Notes: generated from the sequence alone by a model not told the origin. 64,000 bases of DNA from a bacterium (GCA_031385045.1 JANNBC010000006.1:32001-96000); one strand, 5' to 3'; shown: positions 20,274 through 31,022, counted from the stretch's first letter. Translations and numbers: made by a program.

Positions 20274-21107
20274 GTGGATAAATCCAAATTAATTGCTTTA
20301 GTTGCTGGAAACGGTCGTTTCCCAATAGAGTTTTGTCAGAATGCCAAGGAACAAGGTTACCAAATTCTCAGTATTGCCTTAGGTGGAGAGGCCGAAGCCG
20401 AGCTAGAGCAATATTCTGATTTTTATCATTGTATTAAAATTGGTGAATTTGGAAAATTATTAAAGCTCCTAGCGGACTATCAAGTAACAGAGGTAGCCTT
20501 TGCCGGTGGGATTAGAAAAGTTCGTCTCTTTGATGGGCTCTCATTAGACTTAACAGCGATTAATCTGATGGCGAAAGCCAGATCCTTAAATGATGATGTG
20601 ATCCTTCGTAAGATTGCTGAAGAAATTGAAAAGAAGGGGATCACTGTTGTTCAAGCAACCAAATTTTTAACTAAAAGCGTACCAGCGAAAGGACTACTCA
20701 GTAAGCGCAAGCCAAGTAACGAAGAACTTGCTGGTCTGGAGTTTGGATTACCGATCACTAAGGGGATTGGAGCCTTAGACTTAGGGCAATCAATCGTTGT
20801 TGCTGAAGGTATGGTTGTTGCTGTTGAAGCCGTGGATGGGACTGATGCTACAATTTTGCGTGGTGGGCGAGTAGCTAAGGCATTCGGCGATTTTAAAGCA
20901 GGCAAAGGAGCCATCTTAATTAAATTAGCCAAGCCTCAACAGGATTTACGTTTTGATTTGCCTACGATAGGACCAAAGACAATTGAGAATTGCTATCAAG
21001 CAGGAATTAGTGCCATCTTTCTTGAAGCCGATAAATCATTAATACTAGAGATTGAGGTAACAATTAGCTTAGTTAATAAATATCAACTTGCACTTCAGGT
21101 AATTTAG
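20274..21107 (+). CDS. lpxI: UDP-2,3-diacylglucosamine pyrophosphatase LpxI
   Basis: AGNGRFP, DLGQS, AVEAVDGTD and KPQQDLRFDLPTIG motifs; follows lpxA. Confidence 0.92.
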   Translation: MDKSKLIALVAGNGRFPIEFCQNAKEQGYQILSIALGGEAEAELEQYSDFYHCIKIGEFGKLLKLLADYQVTEVAFAGGIRKVRLFDGLSLDLTAINLMAKARSLNDDVILRKIAEEIEKKGITVVQATKFLTKSVPAKGLLSKRKPSNEELAGLEFGLPITKGIGALDLGQSIVVAEGMVVAVEAVDGTDATILRGGRVAKAFGDFKAGKGAILIKLAKPQQDLRFDLPTIGPKTIENCYQAGISAIFLEADKSLILEIEVTISLVNKYQLALQVI

Positions 21108-21120
21108 ATTAGAACTGCTT

Positions 21121-22623
21121 CTAATTCGCCTTAGCATACATAGCAAAACCACTATCAATATAAATATTTTTCCATTCAGCTTGAAAAAAAGGTAAGACAT
21201 GGGCGAGGGGAACCTCTCTTGAGGCTAAGATAAAGTCCGGATTCCATTCGGCAATTGATTTATTCCAACCTTCTCTAACACCATATATTTGATAGGATGT
21301 TCGGTAATCTGCAATGGGTACGCCTTGAGTGCGACCATCTGTTGTTACTTGAAAGTTAGTAATTCCTTTCTCAAAAAGAGACCAATAACACCAACCCCCA
21401 TAGGTAAACTCGGTAAGAATTTGAAATTTTTTCCGGGGCAAATCAAGGCTTGCTAGCTGCGAGCAAGCTAATGATGGAGTGAATAAGGCGATATCATCGG
21501 CCACTTTTTCTTTACTCTGTAGTCGGTTAAGTACTCCCAGAGTCAGCGAAAGATTAAAAGATATTAGTAGGATTACTAATAGTTTTTGATTTGGTCGGTA
21601 GGAAATCGGAGGTAGTATTTTAATCCAAGAGACTAATGCTAGAATCGCAAAGATGCTCGAGAATTTTACTGACTCAAATAGCAAGTAAAGACTAATCGCT
21701 CCTGCTAAATGAATGCCAAGATCTCTAGATAAACTTTTTTTATCAACAAAGCGAACTAAGCAAATTAGATAGGCAAAGCAGATATAGCTTGTCGGTTCCC
21801 AACCTTGAAAACCACCTAAGAACTCTGTAATAAATTTTTTAAGGAAAGCGTCCGTTTGGAGATACTCTAAGATTAATGAATAGTTTTGAAAGTAATCATT
21901 AAAGTTTTCTCCATTTGTAAAAATACCGTATGGAGAAATAAAACCAGCAAGTGAAATGAGGCAAAGAATTAAAAGATTTTTAAGAACTAAATCTTTAGTT
22001 TGATAGTTAGTCAGAGTTGGAATGACACGGTAACAAAAATAAAGAAAAGGAATAAAAATCCAATAGACATGAACATTAACCAAAATGATGGCTAACAAGA
22101 ATAATATAAGCCCTTCTAGCTTCAGCGCTGGCTTAAGTAATAGGTAACAGGTGTAGCTGATCATTAGAAAAGAGATCAGTTGAGGGCGAACCGAGGAGAC
22201 ATCTTTTAATAAATAACAGCTGGCAAAAGATGCAACAAGGGCAATCAAAATGGACTGACTTTGTTCCTTGGTAATATTAAGTGCAATCTTAAAGAGTGTT
22301 AAACAAGTTAAGCTAAAGATTGTTGAATAAAAACAGATTAGCTCTAAGTAGCCATAATTTTTATAAATCTGATACATGACTAGCTGAATTAACCAGTGAT
22401 AATCATGCCAGAAGTTTTGTCTGGAATTAATAAAATCAAAGGGAGGAACTAGCATGGAAGCGGATAGATTATTTTGTTGCCAGGCCAAGGCAATTTGCCC
22501 AGAGATCCATTTTCCACCAGCTAAATGCCAAGCCAGATCGGGATCGTAAATTGGTCTTTCCCAAAAGAAAAGGGAATATAAAAATACTGCTAGGTAGGCA
22601 AGAAATAGGGTTAATTTTGACAT
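21121..22623 (-). CDS. Polytopic membrane protein, probable GT-C-type glycosyltransferase
   Basis: Many TM helices; DPDLAWHLAGG loop after TM1, VRPQL, NVH and DGRT motifs. Confidence 0.5.
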   Translation of the reverse strand: MSKLTLFLAYLAVFLYSLFFWERPIYDPDLAWHLAGGKWISGQIALAWQQNNLSASMLVPPFDFINSRQNFWHDYHWLIQLVMYQIYKNYGYLELICFYSTIFSLTCLTLFKIALNITKEQSQSILIALVASFASCYLLKDVSSVRPQLISFLMISYTCYLLLKPALKLEGLILFLLAIILVNVHVYWIFIPFLYFCYRVIPTLTNYQTKDLVLKNLLILCLISLAGFISPYGIFTNGENFNDYFQNYSLILEYLQTDAFLKKFITEFLGGFQGWEPTSYICFAYLICLVRFVDKKSLSRDLGIHLAGAISLYLLFESVKFSSIFAILALVSWIKILPPISYRPNQKLLVILLISFNLSLTLGVLNRLQSKEKVADDIALFTPSLACSQLASLDLPRKKFQILTEFTYGGWCYWSLFEKGITNFQVTTDGRTQGVPIADYRTSYQIYGVREGWNKSIAEWNPDFILASREVPLAHVLPFFQAEWKNIYIDSGFAMYAKAN

Positions 22624-22830
22624 CGAAATTTGGAGCTACAGACTGTGTAAATATAGCGGTATTACTAAAGGTCGCCAATAGGTTTATTAAGAGGTACTCA
22701 AAAACTTTCCAACTGAGAAGAAGTAAGATAAATCTTACAAAAAGTACTCCTGACTTGATATTTTCCCAAGGTAATCTATACTTCTTACACTTAGAATCAG
22801 CATTTTTACTGATATTTTTATTCTCCACTT

Positions 22831-25800
22831 ATGCCAGGAATTAGTTATAAAATCACCCATAAAAGTCCAAAGATAGTCTCTTACTTTGAAGTAGGTTTTT
22901 CTAAAGAAGCTAATTTAACCAAAGAAGTTAATCGTTTTCTACAGCTTAGCTTAAGTACAATTTGGAAGAGTCGTACCTACTGCTTTGTGCACGAGGCAGA
23001 TGTTAATCTAGCGAATTTAGAAAATGGCAAACCTTTTCTTGATCCAGCACTAAGCTCTTGTAGTTTTAATTCTAGCTTGGCACTGAAAATTTCTAAGGAT
23101 TTACCTTTTGATTACATTATTCAAGCTGGTCTAAAACCGGGAACAAGTGATGCTGAAGGAATGACCGCATTAGAGCAAGCATTTTCTGCTAGCGGTTCAA
23201 AGTTAATTGGAAATGAACAGGGATTTTTAATTACCAGTTATTACATTGATGGACAATTAGATGAGCAACAAAGAATCGGTCTAAGTAAGTTCTTATTTAA
23301 TCCTGAGCTATTTGAGAGCCAAATTATTACCAAAGCACAGTTTCATCAGGGACAATCGGTCATTTTACCCATCGTAGAATTAGAAAATTTGATGGAAGTT
23401 CAAGAGCTCCCAATTGCTGATTTTTCTGATCAGCAGTTACTAGAGCTTAATTCTAAACGTAAATTAGCCGCAACAATTGAAGAGCTAAAGTACTTTCAGT
23501 CTGTCTATCAAAATCCAGAATTTGTCCAACTACGAGAATCATTAGGCTTAAGTTCTAAAGCAACGGACGTAGAACTAGAGACTTGGTTTGGTTTAAGATC
23601 AGAGCATTGTTTTCATAAAGAGTTTAATGCTCGCATAATTCTAGATGTTGAGGTTGATTCTGTTTTTCAAAAGGCAATTGATCAAGGGTGGTTAAAACAA
23701 GTTGCTGGACAATTGGTTTTAGAGCGGGGAATGTTCAAGACTTTTATTAAAGATCCAGCATATGCAGTAAATGATCGCTTAACTGCTCGGGGCTGTAACT
23801 GGATTGCTAGTATGTTTTCCGATAATTCTGGGGTGGTCTATTACGATCAGGATTTCATGTATTGTCTAAAGGTTGAGACACATAACTCACCATCCAATAT
23901 TGAACCTGTGCAGGGTGCCAAGACAGGCTTGAATGGAAATTTTCGCGATATTATGGGTACGATGCAGGGTACTTTTGATATTTTAATGGGATTCTTTTGT
24001 TACTGTACTGGAAATCCTAATTACCAAGGATGGCTTCCAAAAGGAGTTAAGCATCCATATTTAATTCTAAAAGGAATTACTCGCGGAATTCGTGAAGCCG
24101 GTAATGAAATGCAAATTCCAACACTTAATGGTTTAGTCTTTAGTGACCCTAGATATATTGCTAAATGTTTAGTCTATGCTGGAGCTGTCGGTTGGTCACC
24201 AGTTAAGTCAGTTACTGGATATGATTACCGAACAAAAGAGCCTAGTCCGGGCGATCAAGTTTTAATTGCTGGACAGGCTGTAGGAATTGATGGAATTCAT
24301 GGTGCAACAGAAAGTTCTTTATCCGCCAGTAGTGAAATTAGTTTAGGGCATGTTCAAGCTGACTTTTCTTTTATTCAGGTCAAGGTTAAAGAATTTATTT
24401 TGGATGCTTCACGCCAAGGACTCTTTACTGCCGTAACAGATTTAGGAGCAATGGGACTAGGCTCTGCTAGTCATGAAATTGCTCGAAGCACTAATGGTTT
24501 AGTGATGGATTTGGCGAAGCATCCCGTGAAGTATCAAGGTATTCAGCCTTGGCAAATTAATTGCTCGGAAACTCAGGATCGGATGTTACTAGTTAGTCAT
24601 CCTAAAAATCTAGTTAAGATTCAAGAGCTAGCCAAATTTTATGAAATTGAATTATCTAATGTTGGTCATTTAGAGAACAATAATTTAATTCAACTTAAAT
24701 ATCAGGATAAGTTAGTTGGTTTGTTTCAAATCAATTATCTATTCTCATCTGAACCACGAAAAGTCCTTCAAGGTAAATGGCAAAAGCTAATTCCTGCTAA
24801 CAATAAAACAGTTAATGAAGTTACGGATTTAAATAAAGACTTAGCTGAAGTTTTGAAGCATCCAGACGTGGCTTCGAAGGAATGGTTTTTCCGTCAGAAA
24901 GACTTTTCTGTAAAAGGTGGAACAATCATTGCCCCACTATTTGGTAAAAAGTTAAATATTGATTCCGACGCAACATTACAAAAACCATTAGATACAATTG
25001 ATCGCGACTTAGGGGCCTTGGCATTTGCCATGGCTTGTAGTCCAAAGTTAGCGGACTTAGATCCATATTATTCTGTTCAAAAATCTTATTATGATTTACT
25101 TGGAAAAATTTTAGCAATTGGGGGAGTCCTTCCAGATTTAACTAGTCCTAGCTGGGACGCTTGGGCCGTTTGTGGAAACTACTGTCAGCCAAACTCCGAT
25201 GCGGAATACACCATGGATCGTGATAGTGGACTTAAAAATTGTGCGGATTTAGTTCGTGAGGGAATTGCAGTTGCTGAACTCGTCCAAGAATTTAATATCC
25301 CAATTATTTCTGGTAAGGATAGCATGAAATGCTCCTGTACTTACGAAGTTGATGCCAGTTTTGATCTTAATCAAGTCCCTTATAATTTAAGAAATCAAAT
25401 CAAAATCAAAACTCTGGCTAATGGACAGAGAAAGATTGAGATTCATGACCCTGCAACTTATTTAATCTCTGGAGCAGTTAAGATTAATGACTATCGTAAA
25501 TGCCAAAATCCAAGTTTTAAATTTGCGGGAGACTTAGTTTATCTGTTGCAAGTTGCGCCAGCAGAAGGCCTGGCGGGAAGTGCCTGGGAAGAAGTATTAA
25601 ATGATCGTGTGCAAGTTAGTTCTATTGGAACTTACGCACCAATTATGACTGAGGATTTCAAAGCACTAGCTGGAAAATTAGCAGAATGCTTTACTCAGGA
25701 ACTGCTAGCTTCCTGTGCCTATGTTCATGCTGGTGGACTACTAACTAGCATTTACAAGTCAGTTGCTGCATCCGAGCTAGGGATTAATTTGAAGTTAAAT

Positions 25801-26040
25801 TCTAAGGGCAGAAAACTTAGTGAAGAGTTATTCTCGGAACGACCTGGTAGATTTGTAGTTAGCATTAATCCCGAAAACCAAGCGACATTTGAAAAAATAT
25901 TTTCCAAGGAAGAATTAATCCCAATTGGTGAGGTGACCTCCTCAGAATTCCTTGTGAATTCAGAACAAGGAAGTTGGCAGTTAGATTTAACAAGCCTAGA
26001 TAATTCTTATCACCAAACTTATAATTTTGGAGCGAAATAG
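22831..26040 (+). CDS. purL: Phosphoribosylformylglycinamidine synthase synthetase subunit with N-terminal PurS-like region
   Basis: SEHC.HK, KVETHNSPS, DGIHGAT, SETQDRM and ISGKDSM motifs; LKPGTSDAEG PurS-like motif. Confidence 0.9.
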   Translation: MPGISYKITHKSPKIVSYFEVGFSKEANLTKEVNRFLQLSLSTIWKSRTYCFVHEADVNLANLENGKPFLDPALSSCSFNSSLALKISKDLPFDYIIQAGLKPGTSDAEGMTALEQAFSASGSKLIGNEQGFLITSYYIDGQLDEQQRIGLSKFLFNPELFESQIITKAQFHQGQSVILPIVELENLMEVQELPIADFSDQQLLELNSKRKLAATIEELKYFQSVYQNPEFVQLRESLGLSSKATDVELETWFGLRSEHCFHKEFNARIILDVEVDSVFQKAIDQGWLKQVAGQLVLERGMFKTFIKDPAYAVNDRLTARGCNWIASMFSDNSGVVYYDQDFMYCLKVETHNSPSNIEPVQGAKTGLNGNFRDIMGTMQGTFDILMGFFCYCTGNPNYQGWLPKGVKHPYLILKGITRGIREAGNEMQIPTLNGLVFSDPRYIAKCLVYAGAVGWSPVKSVTGYDYRTKEPSPGDQVLIAGQAVGIDGIHGATESSLSASSEISLGHVQADFSFIQVKVKEFILDASRQGLFTAVTDLGAMGLGSASHEIARSTNGLVMDLAKHPVKYQGIQPWQINCSETQDRMLLVSHPKNLVKIQELAKFYEIELSNVGHLENNNLIQLKYQDKLVGLFQINYLFSSEPRKVLQGKWQKLIPANNKTVNEVTDLNKDLAEVLKHPDVASKEWFFRQKDFSVKGGTIIAPLFGKKLNIDSDATLQKPLDTIDRDLGALAFAMACSPKLADLDPYYSVQKSYYDLLGKILAIGGVLPDLTSPSWDAWAVCGNYCQPNSDAEYTMDRDSGLKNCADLVREGIAVAELVQEFNIPIISGKDSMKCSCTYEVDASFDLNQVPYNLRNQIKIKTLANGQRKIEIHDPATYLISGAVKINDYRKCQNPSFKFAGDLVYLLQVAPAEGLAGSAWEEVLNDRVQVSSIGTYAPIMTEDFKALAGKLAECFTQELLASCAYVHAGGLLTSIYKSVAASELGINLKLNSKGRKLSEELFSERPGRFVVSINPENQATFEKIFSKEELIPIGEVTSSEFLVNSEQGSWQLDLTSLDNSYHQTYNFGAK

Positions 26041-26883
26041 ATGTTAGCTAAAAATATAAAAGTTTTAATTATTCACGGCTTGGGAATCGGGTGTCATGAG
26101 GAGAGTAAGCAAGCCTACCTGCAATCTGGTGTGCAAGTCGACTTGATTCACTTCAATCAATTACTAGAAAGCAAAGAGAAGCTTGCTAACTATCAGATTA
26201 TTAACATTGCTGGTGGTTTTATGCATGGAGATCTTTTAGGTTCGGCAATGTGTGCTGTTAATCAATTAAATATTCATGGCCTGACTGATTCTTTTTGGGA
26301 TTTTTCAGAAAAAGGTGGAGTGATTTATGGCCAATGTAATGGATTCCAGTTGCTAGTTAAATCAGGATTATTGCCCGCGGCAGACGGTAATTATTCTCAG
26401 CAATTAGTAACTTTAGCACATAATGATTGTGGAAGTTACCGCGTTGCCTATGTTCCACATCGCCTAAAGAATAAACATTTTGCTTTTGCTGGCCTTGAAG
26501 ATCAGGTCTTTCATTTATGGTGTCGACATGGGGAAGGGAAGCTTCAGTTTAATGATCAGTTTAGTACCTTAGGCCAAGCTAAAACGCAGACCGTTGACCA
26601 GATTATGGCAGAACATGTTTTATTAGAATATGCCAATCCAGAAACTGGTAAGAGTACTGAAGAATTTCCGCATAATCCAAATGGCTCTTACTTAGGAATC
26701 GCTGGACTAAAAAGTAGCAACGGAAGAATTTTTGGCCAAATGGCACATCCGGAAGTTTCGGTCTTTGATTTCACAGATCCACAAGTCTTTGAAAAGAAAG
26801 AGGCACTAAAGCGAGGCGTTAAAACACAAGAGAAGCTAGTTGGAAAAACTATTATCAATAATTTAGTAAATTATTTTGCCTAG
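26041..26883 (+). CDS. purQ: FGAM synthase glutaminase subunit
   Basis: GGFMHGD, GQCNGFQ, HGEG, NPNGS and MAHPE motifs. Confidence 0.92.
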   Translation: MLAKNIKVLIIHGLGIGCHEESKQAYLQSGVQVDLIHFNQLLESKEKLANYQIINIAGGFMHGDLLGSAMCAVNQLNIHGLTDSFWDFSEKGGVIYGQCNGFQLLVKSGLLPAADGNYSQQLVTLAHNDCGSYRVAYVPHRLKNKHFAFAGLEDQVFHLWCRHGEGKLQFNDQFSTLGQAKTQTVDQIMAEHVLLEYANPETGKSTEEFPHNPNGSYLGIAGLKSSNGRIFGQMAHPEVSVFDFTDPQVFEKKEALKRGVKTQEKLVGKTIINNLVNYFA

Positions 26884-26897
26884 AAAGATATTGGTCG

Positions 26898-27479
26898 TTA
26901 GTAGATTATACCTTGGTATTTTCGCATTATTTCTGATGCTTGCTCCCGCATCAGATCTTTGACTACAATAATGTTTCTTTTTTCGTATTCCTCGATCCAA
27001 TTAGGGTGAATGGGACCTTCATCAAATCCTAGTATTTCCTCCGTGTCTGCGGCAGAACTAGCGACCAGTAACTTGCCAATTCCAGCCCAAACTCCGGCTC
27101 CACAACATTGAGCGCAAGGTTGGCTAGAACTAGCAAGAGTACAACAGCCAACGCTACTTAGGGAGTAATTATTGATATTTTTTTGAGCCAGTTGCAAAGC
27201 TAACATTTCCGCATGAGCAGTTGAATTATTTTCTGGTACAACTAGATTAACACCAACTGATAAAATCCAGCCATCTGCGTCAAAAACAATTGCAGCAAAG
27301 GGCCCACCTGTCTTAGAAGTGATTTGTGATTCTAAAAGCTCCAAAGTAAGAGTCATTTGTTCCTTTTCATCTAAATAATTTTTAGAGATTTTATCGGCAA
27401 GAAAAATACTAGTCCATGCAGGCAATTGCAATTCTAGTTTTGTAATTAGTGGATAGGGATTAACTTGTTTCTTATTCAT
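26898..27479 (-). CDS. Zn-dependent nucleoside/nucleobase deaminase
   Basis: GGPFAA, HAE and PCAQC deaminase motifs. Confidence 0.85.
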   Translation of the reverse strand: MNKKQVNPYPLITKLELQLPAWTSIFLADKISKNYLDEKEQMTLTLELLESQITSKTGGPFAAIVFDADGWILSVGVNLVVPENNSTAHAEMLALQLAQKNINNYSLSSVGCCTLASSSQPCAQCCGAGVWAGIGKLLVASSAADTEEILGFDEGPIHPNWIEEYEKRNIIVVKDLMREQASEIMRKYQGIIY

Positions 27480-28062
27480 AGTTGATTATTTTTTTAGGTG
27501 TGAAGTATTTATAGACAAGTATTGCCACAAAATCATAAAGAGCATGAATGGCAACACAAACCAAAACTGAATTAGTCACTAAATAAACCAATGAAAAATA
27601 AACTCCAACTAGTGTATAGATTAGAATTAACTCTCTTGAATTTTTAAAATGTCCAATAAAATGAATACTGGCAAAGGCAAAACTACTTGCTAGTACTCCA
27701 ATGATTAGACCACAGTTATCACTAAGGATGTTTAAAAGTAAATCTCTAAAAAACAGTTCTTCCCCAATACCAGCCATTACAGAGATAGCTAGAGCTAAAG
27801 GTATATTTAAAACCTGGCATAGCGGATAAACTTTAGTTGTCACAAAATCCTTTCTGTTTTGATTAGGAAAGAAAATAAAAAGTAGGTAATTTAATAAAAG
27901 TAGCGGAATTACTAGGAATAATACTATGCAAAGAAATACGTCAAGGGAATATGGCTTACTAGCTGGAGTTATAAAATCAAAAAAATAAGCCAAAAACCAT
28001 AGTAAGGATAAGACTCCCTCCGTTAAAAAACCGACTAAAAGAATTAAAGATTTGGCTGACAA
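27472..28062 (-). CDS. CPBP (CAAX protease-like) intramembrane metalloprotease
   Basis: EELFFR, FASIH and HALYD motifs. Confidence 0.85.
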   Translation of the reverse strand: MSAKSLILLVGFLTEGVLSLLWFLAYFFDFITPASKPYSLDVFLCIVLFLVIPLLLLNYLLFIFFPNQNRKDFVTTKVYPLCQVLNIPLALAISVMAGIGEELFFRDLLLNILSDNCGLIIGVLASSFAFASIHFIGHFKNSRELILIYTLVGVYFSLVYLVTNSVLVCVAIHALYDFVAILVYKYFTPKKIINYE

Positions 28063-28066
28063 GGTT

Positions 28067-28654
28067 TTATATTCTAAGTTGATTTAATAAGTCCCTAATG
28101 GAGGCATCAATACTCTTATCAAGGATCCTCTGTAATTGAGCCTGAAATGGCATTGTTTTATATTCCGAATAAGCACTACTCATTGTATATGTAATTGGAA
28201 TATTAACCCGCAGTGAATCAAATTCGCCACGTAACTTTACTTTAGAGACTACTTTTCTAGTCATTAGTAAGTCATAAGCAGTCAGTTGAATATTGCTTAA
28301 ATCTACCTTGATTTGATCAATTTTTAGGTTATTAGGTTTTCGTTCTAGGTCAATCCTTGGGCGATATCCCCTAAGAGTTAGTTCAGTATAGAGTTTTTGA
28401 AGCAAGGATTGCTCTAAAAGTTCGTGTCGAATGTTACCCATGGGAAACAAGATTCCTAAATATTGATGCCCAAGCGAATCTAAATTAAAGGAATTCGTAA
28501 CTTTTAAGATTATTTCACGATTATTGCTATTAGCTAGCGCAATAACTTCCGGTTTAACTCCAGAGGGGTAAAGATTGCTGGTTGTGCAGGAACACAAAAA
28601 AATAGCCAGAGAAAGGCAAAATTTGGATATTATTTGAAGATATTTATTAGCCAT
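28067..28654 (-). CDS. Hypothetical lipoprotein
   Basis: Signal peptide with lipobox-like LCSC. Confidence 0.5.
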   Translation of the reverse strand: MANKYLQIISKFCLSLAIFLCSCTTSNLYPSGVKPEVIALANSNNREIILKVTNSFNLDSLGHQYLGILFPMGNIRHELLEQSLLQKLYTELTLRGYRPRIDLERKPNNLKIDQIKVDLSNIQLTAYDLLMTRKVVSKVKLRGEFDSLRVNIPITYTMSSAYSEYKTMPFQAQLQRILDKSIDASIRDLLNQLRI

Positions 28655-28840
28655 TAGGGTTCCTGTGTTATATTTGGCTATGTTCAGGCCAAATATTTAT
28701 TTAAATATAAAAACTTACAAGTTGCCACTAAGGCAACATAACATTACTATAGTGTAGTGAACATTGTATTTTCGGTAATTTTCAATGTCACTGAGGATAT
28801 TTTTAAACGCTGGATTCTTTTCCAACTAATGTAGTTAATC

Positions 28841-30322
28841 ATGAGCGAACAAATCGATATTGGCTTAAATAAGCTTTTAAAGGGTGCTTTGCCAGATTAT
28901 GGGTTTGAAAGTTCGTCTAATGTTGGAAATGTATCAAGAGAGGATCCTCTCCCTAATCCAAAGTCCCACCTAACTTTTGTATTGGGGGAAGAAGTTAGTA
29001 CTACTTCTTTTGTTCTAACTTCTCTGCCAAGTGATCTTAATCAAGCTAGTGAGGATAATAACAGTCCACTGATTACTTCTGATTCAATAACTATTAATCC
29101 TTTAGCCTTAGCCTACCGAGAATCACAGTGGTTAAAGCTTTCCTCCCTTGCGGAAGAAGAGTTAAATTCTAATCCTCAAAATTTTCAAGCAAAATGTTAT
29201 TGGTCATTTTCGGCAATTAAATTAAAAAGCTTGCGAGCTGATTTGATTGGCTTTGGAATTATCAGTATTTGGCAAGATGAATTAGAGAATTTAGCAGAAG
29301 ATGAAAAGATTGAATTAAAGAAGATACTTATTCCAACAACTGAATTAGTCAGCACGGAATGTGTGGAAATTGATGCTGAATTAGGCAAAAAACTGGCCAA
29401 CTTTTTACCAATTAAAGAAGTTATCCTTCCTGCAGAAGTTACAAAATTATCCGAAGATTTTATTATTAAAAATGAAGTTAAGGAAGTTGTCCCTGATAAT
29501 CAACTTGATCAGTTTCAAAAATATCTAAATTCTTTAAATGTTCCTGTTGATTCCCAAGTAACTGATTTAGCGGATCTTAATTCTGAAGATACTGAGACTT
29601 TTCAAAGTTATAAAAATTCGAACTATACTAATGCTAAAAAGTATTCTTCATCGACTATTGTATTATTACTAATTTTCTTACTCCTTTTAAGTAGTAGCAT
29701 TTATTTCTACGCTTTTCAGCAGAAAGAAACACCGATTAGTCTAGTCACCGAGCCAAGTTTTGTTTTGGAATCAACGAATGTATTGAAGCCAAAGCCTAAA
29801 ATGGTGATTAAGACTGATGCCGAGGTTAAGCCCGATCCCAATAGCCCACTAGCAAAGATTATTGATCAATTAGAAAATCCAGATCCTGCCTTACCGGCCG
29901 CTGCCAAGCAAGATTTAGATCAGCTAGTAGAACCTCAAAATGTTAATCTTGCTGGGCCAGTAGAAACTCAAGAATTAAAGGATTTACTTGACGGGCATAC
30001 ACCAGAAGATACCCCAGTAGCAGAGGAAGCTGCTGGACCAGGAAATCAAGGCAATAATGTGATGGATGAGTATCTGCGTACCACTCCTATTGTTGATGAG
30101 CGCGTCGGCCAAGCTAGGCCAAAACCAGTTCCTTTTCAACATTATCAAGTTAGGGTTATGCAAGACACAAGTCTTTACAATCATCCCAGTACTTTTGAGG
30201 CTGAGTTAATGAATCTTTATTATGGAGACCGTCTATTGGTATTGGAAGACCTTGGTGATTGGTTAAAAGTAGATGTCTTTGGTAGAGTAATTGGGTATGT
30301 CGAAAAAAATAAAGTTCGTTGA
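28841..30322 (+). CDS. Single-pass membrane protein with C-terminal SH3b-like domain
   Basis: Central TM helix, acidic linker and LYYGDRLLVLEDLGDWLKV...GYV ending. Confidence 0.6.
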   Translation: MSEQIDIGLNKLLKGALPDYGFESSSNVGNVSREDPLPNPKSHLTFVLGEEVSTTSFVLTSLPSDLNQASEDNNSPLITSDSITINPLALAYRESQWLKLSSLAEEELNSNPQNFQAKCYWSFSAIKLKSLRADLIGFGIISIWQDELENLAEDEKIELKKILIPTTELVSTECVEIDAELGKKLANFLPIKEVILPAEVTKLSEDFIIKNEVKEVVPDNQLDQFQKYLNSLNVPVDSQVTDLADLNSEDTETFQSYKNSNYTNAKKYSSSTIVLLLIFLLLLSSSIYFYAFQQKETPISLVTEPSFVLESTNVLKPKPKMVIKTDAEVKPDPNSPLAKIIDQLENPDPALPAAAKQDLDQLVEPQNVNLAGPVETQELKDLLDGHTPEDTPVAEEAAGPGNQGNNVMDEYLRTTPIVDERVGQARPKPVPFQHYQVRVMQDTSLYNHPSTFEAELMNLYYGDRLLVLEDLGDWLKVDVFGRVIGYVEKNKVR

Positions 30323-31022
30323 TTTAACCTATAATAATAACTTCTATTATTACCCTAAGTGGATGGAAAGTGGGGTTAAACATTGTTTTTTTAATGAACA
30401 ATATAACTTCAATCTGGCAAATCGAAAAAACACCCAGCAGGTCTTTGTTAAAGAGCAGGGCGTTTCTGACTTAATTCTTCTTAATCAACAGCATACGGAT
30501 AATTTCCTGGAATTTAATCAGGAAGATTTAGGTTCCTTGCCTAGTAGTACTTGGGCAGAACCAGCCGATGCAATCATTGTTAAAAATATTACTAAGTTTT
30601 CTAACATTGCCTTAGGTGTCATGACAGCAGATTGTCTGCCAATCTTAATTTACAGTTCAAAAGTTGTCGCTGTTATTCACAGTGGCTGGCAGGGCTTACA
30701 AAATAGAATTACTAATAAAGTACTTACGCGCCTAAAAGAACTTGGTGTAAGTAACTGTCAGTTATTAATAGGACCTCATGCCGGTAAGGATTTATATGAA
30801 TTTAAGCAAAATGAGTTGCAACTAATTGGTGCAGAGGCAATTACTTTAGAAAAAAACGGCCAGTTTTATCTTAATATGGCGGAAACACTAGCCAAACAAG
30901 TTACCCAGTTTCCTGCGGAAATAATTTCCTGCAAAATTTGTACTATTAATACTTTAGATTTCTCATCATATCGTCGACAGTCAAATGAGTCGGGTAGAAA
31001 CTTAAGTTTAATGTTAATTTAG
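30297..31022 (+). CDS. pgeF: Polyphenol oxidase/purine nucleoside phosphorylase family PgeF (YfiH)
   Basis: QQHT, ADAI, TADCLP, HSGWQG, CT and SYRR motifs. Confidence 0.85.
   Translation: MSKKIKFVDLTYNNNFYYYPKWMESGVKHCFFNEQYNFNLANRKNTQQVFVKEQGVSDLILLNQQHTDNFLEFNQEDLGSLPSSTWAEPADAIIVKNITKFSNIALGVMTADCLPILIYSSKVVAVIHSGWQGLQNRITNKVLTRLKELGVSNCQLLIGPHAGKDLYEFKQNELQLIGAEAITLEKNGQFYLNMAETLAKQVTQFPAEIISCKICTINTLDFSSYRRQSNESGRNLSLMLI

Noticed and set aside
22469..22844. Overlapping 119-aa (-) and 97-aa (+) ORFs
   Set aside because: They span a divergent promoter region, overlap real genes and show no motifs
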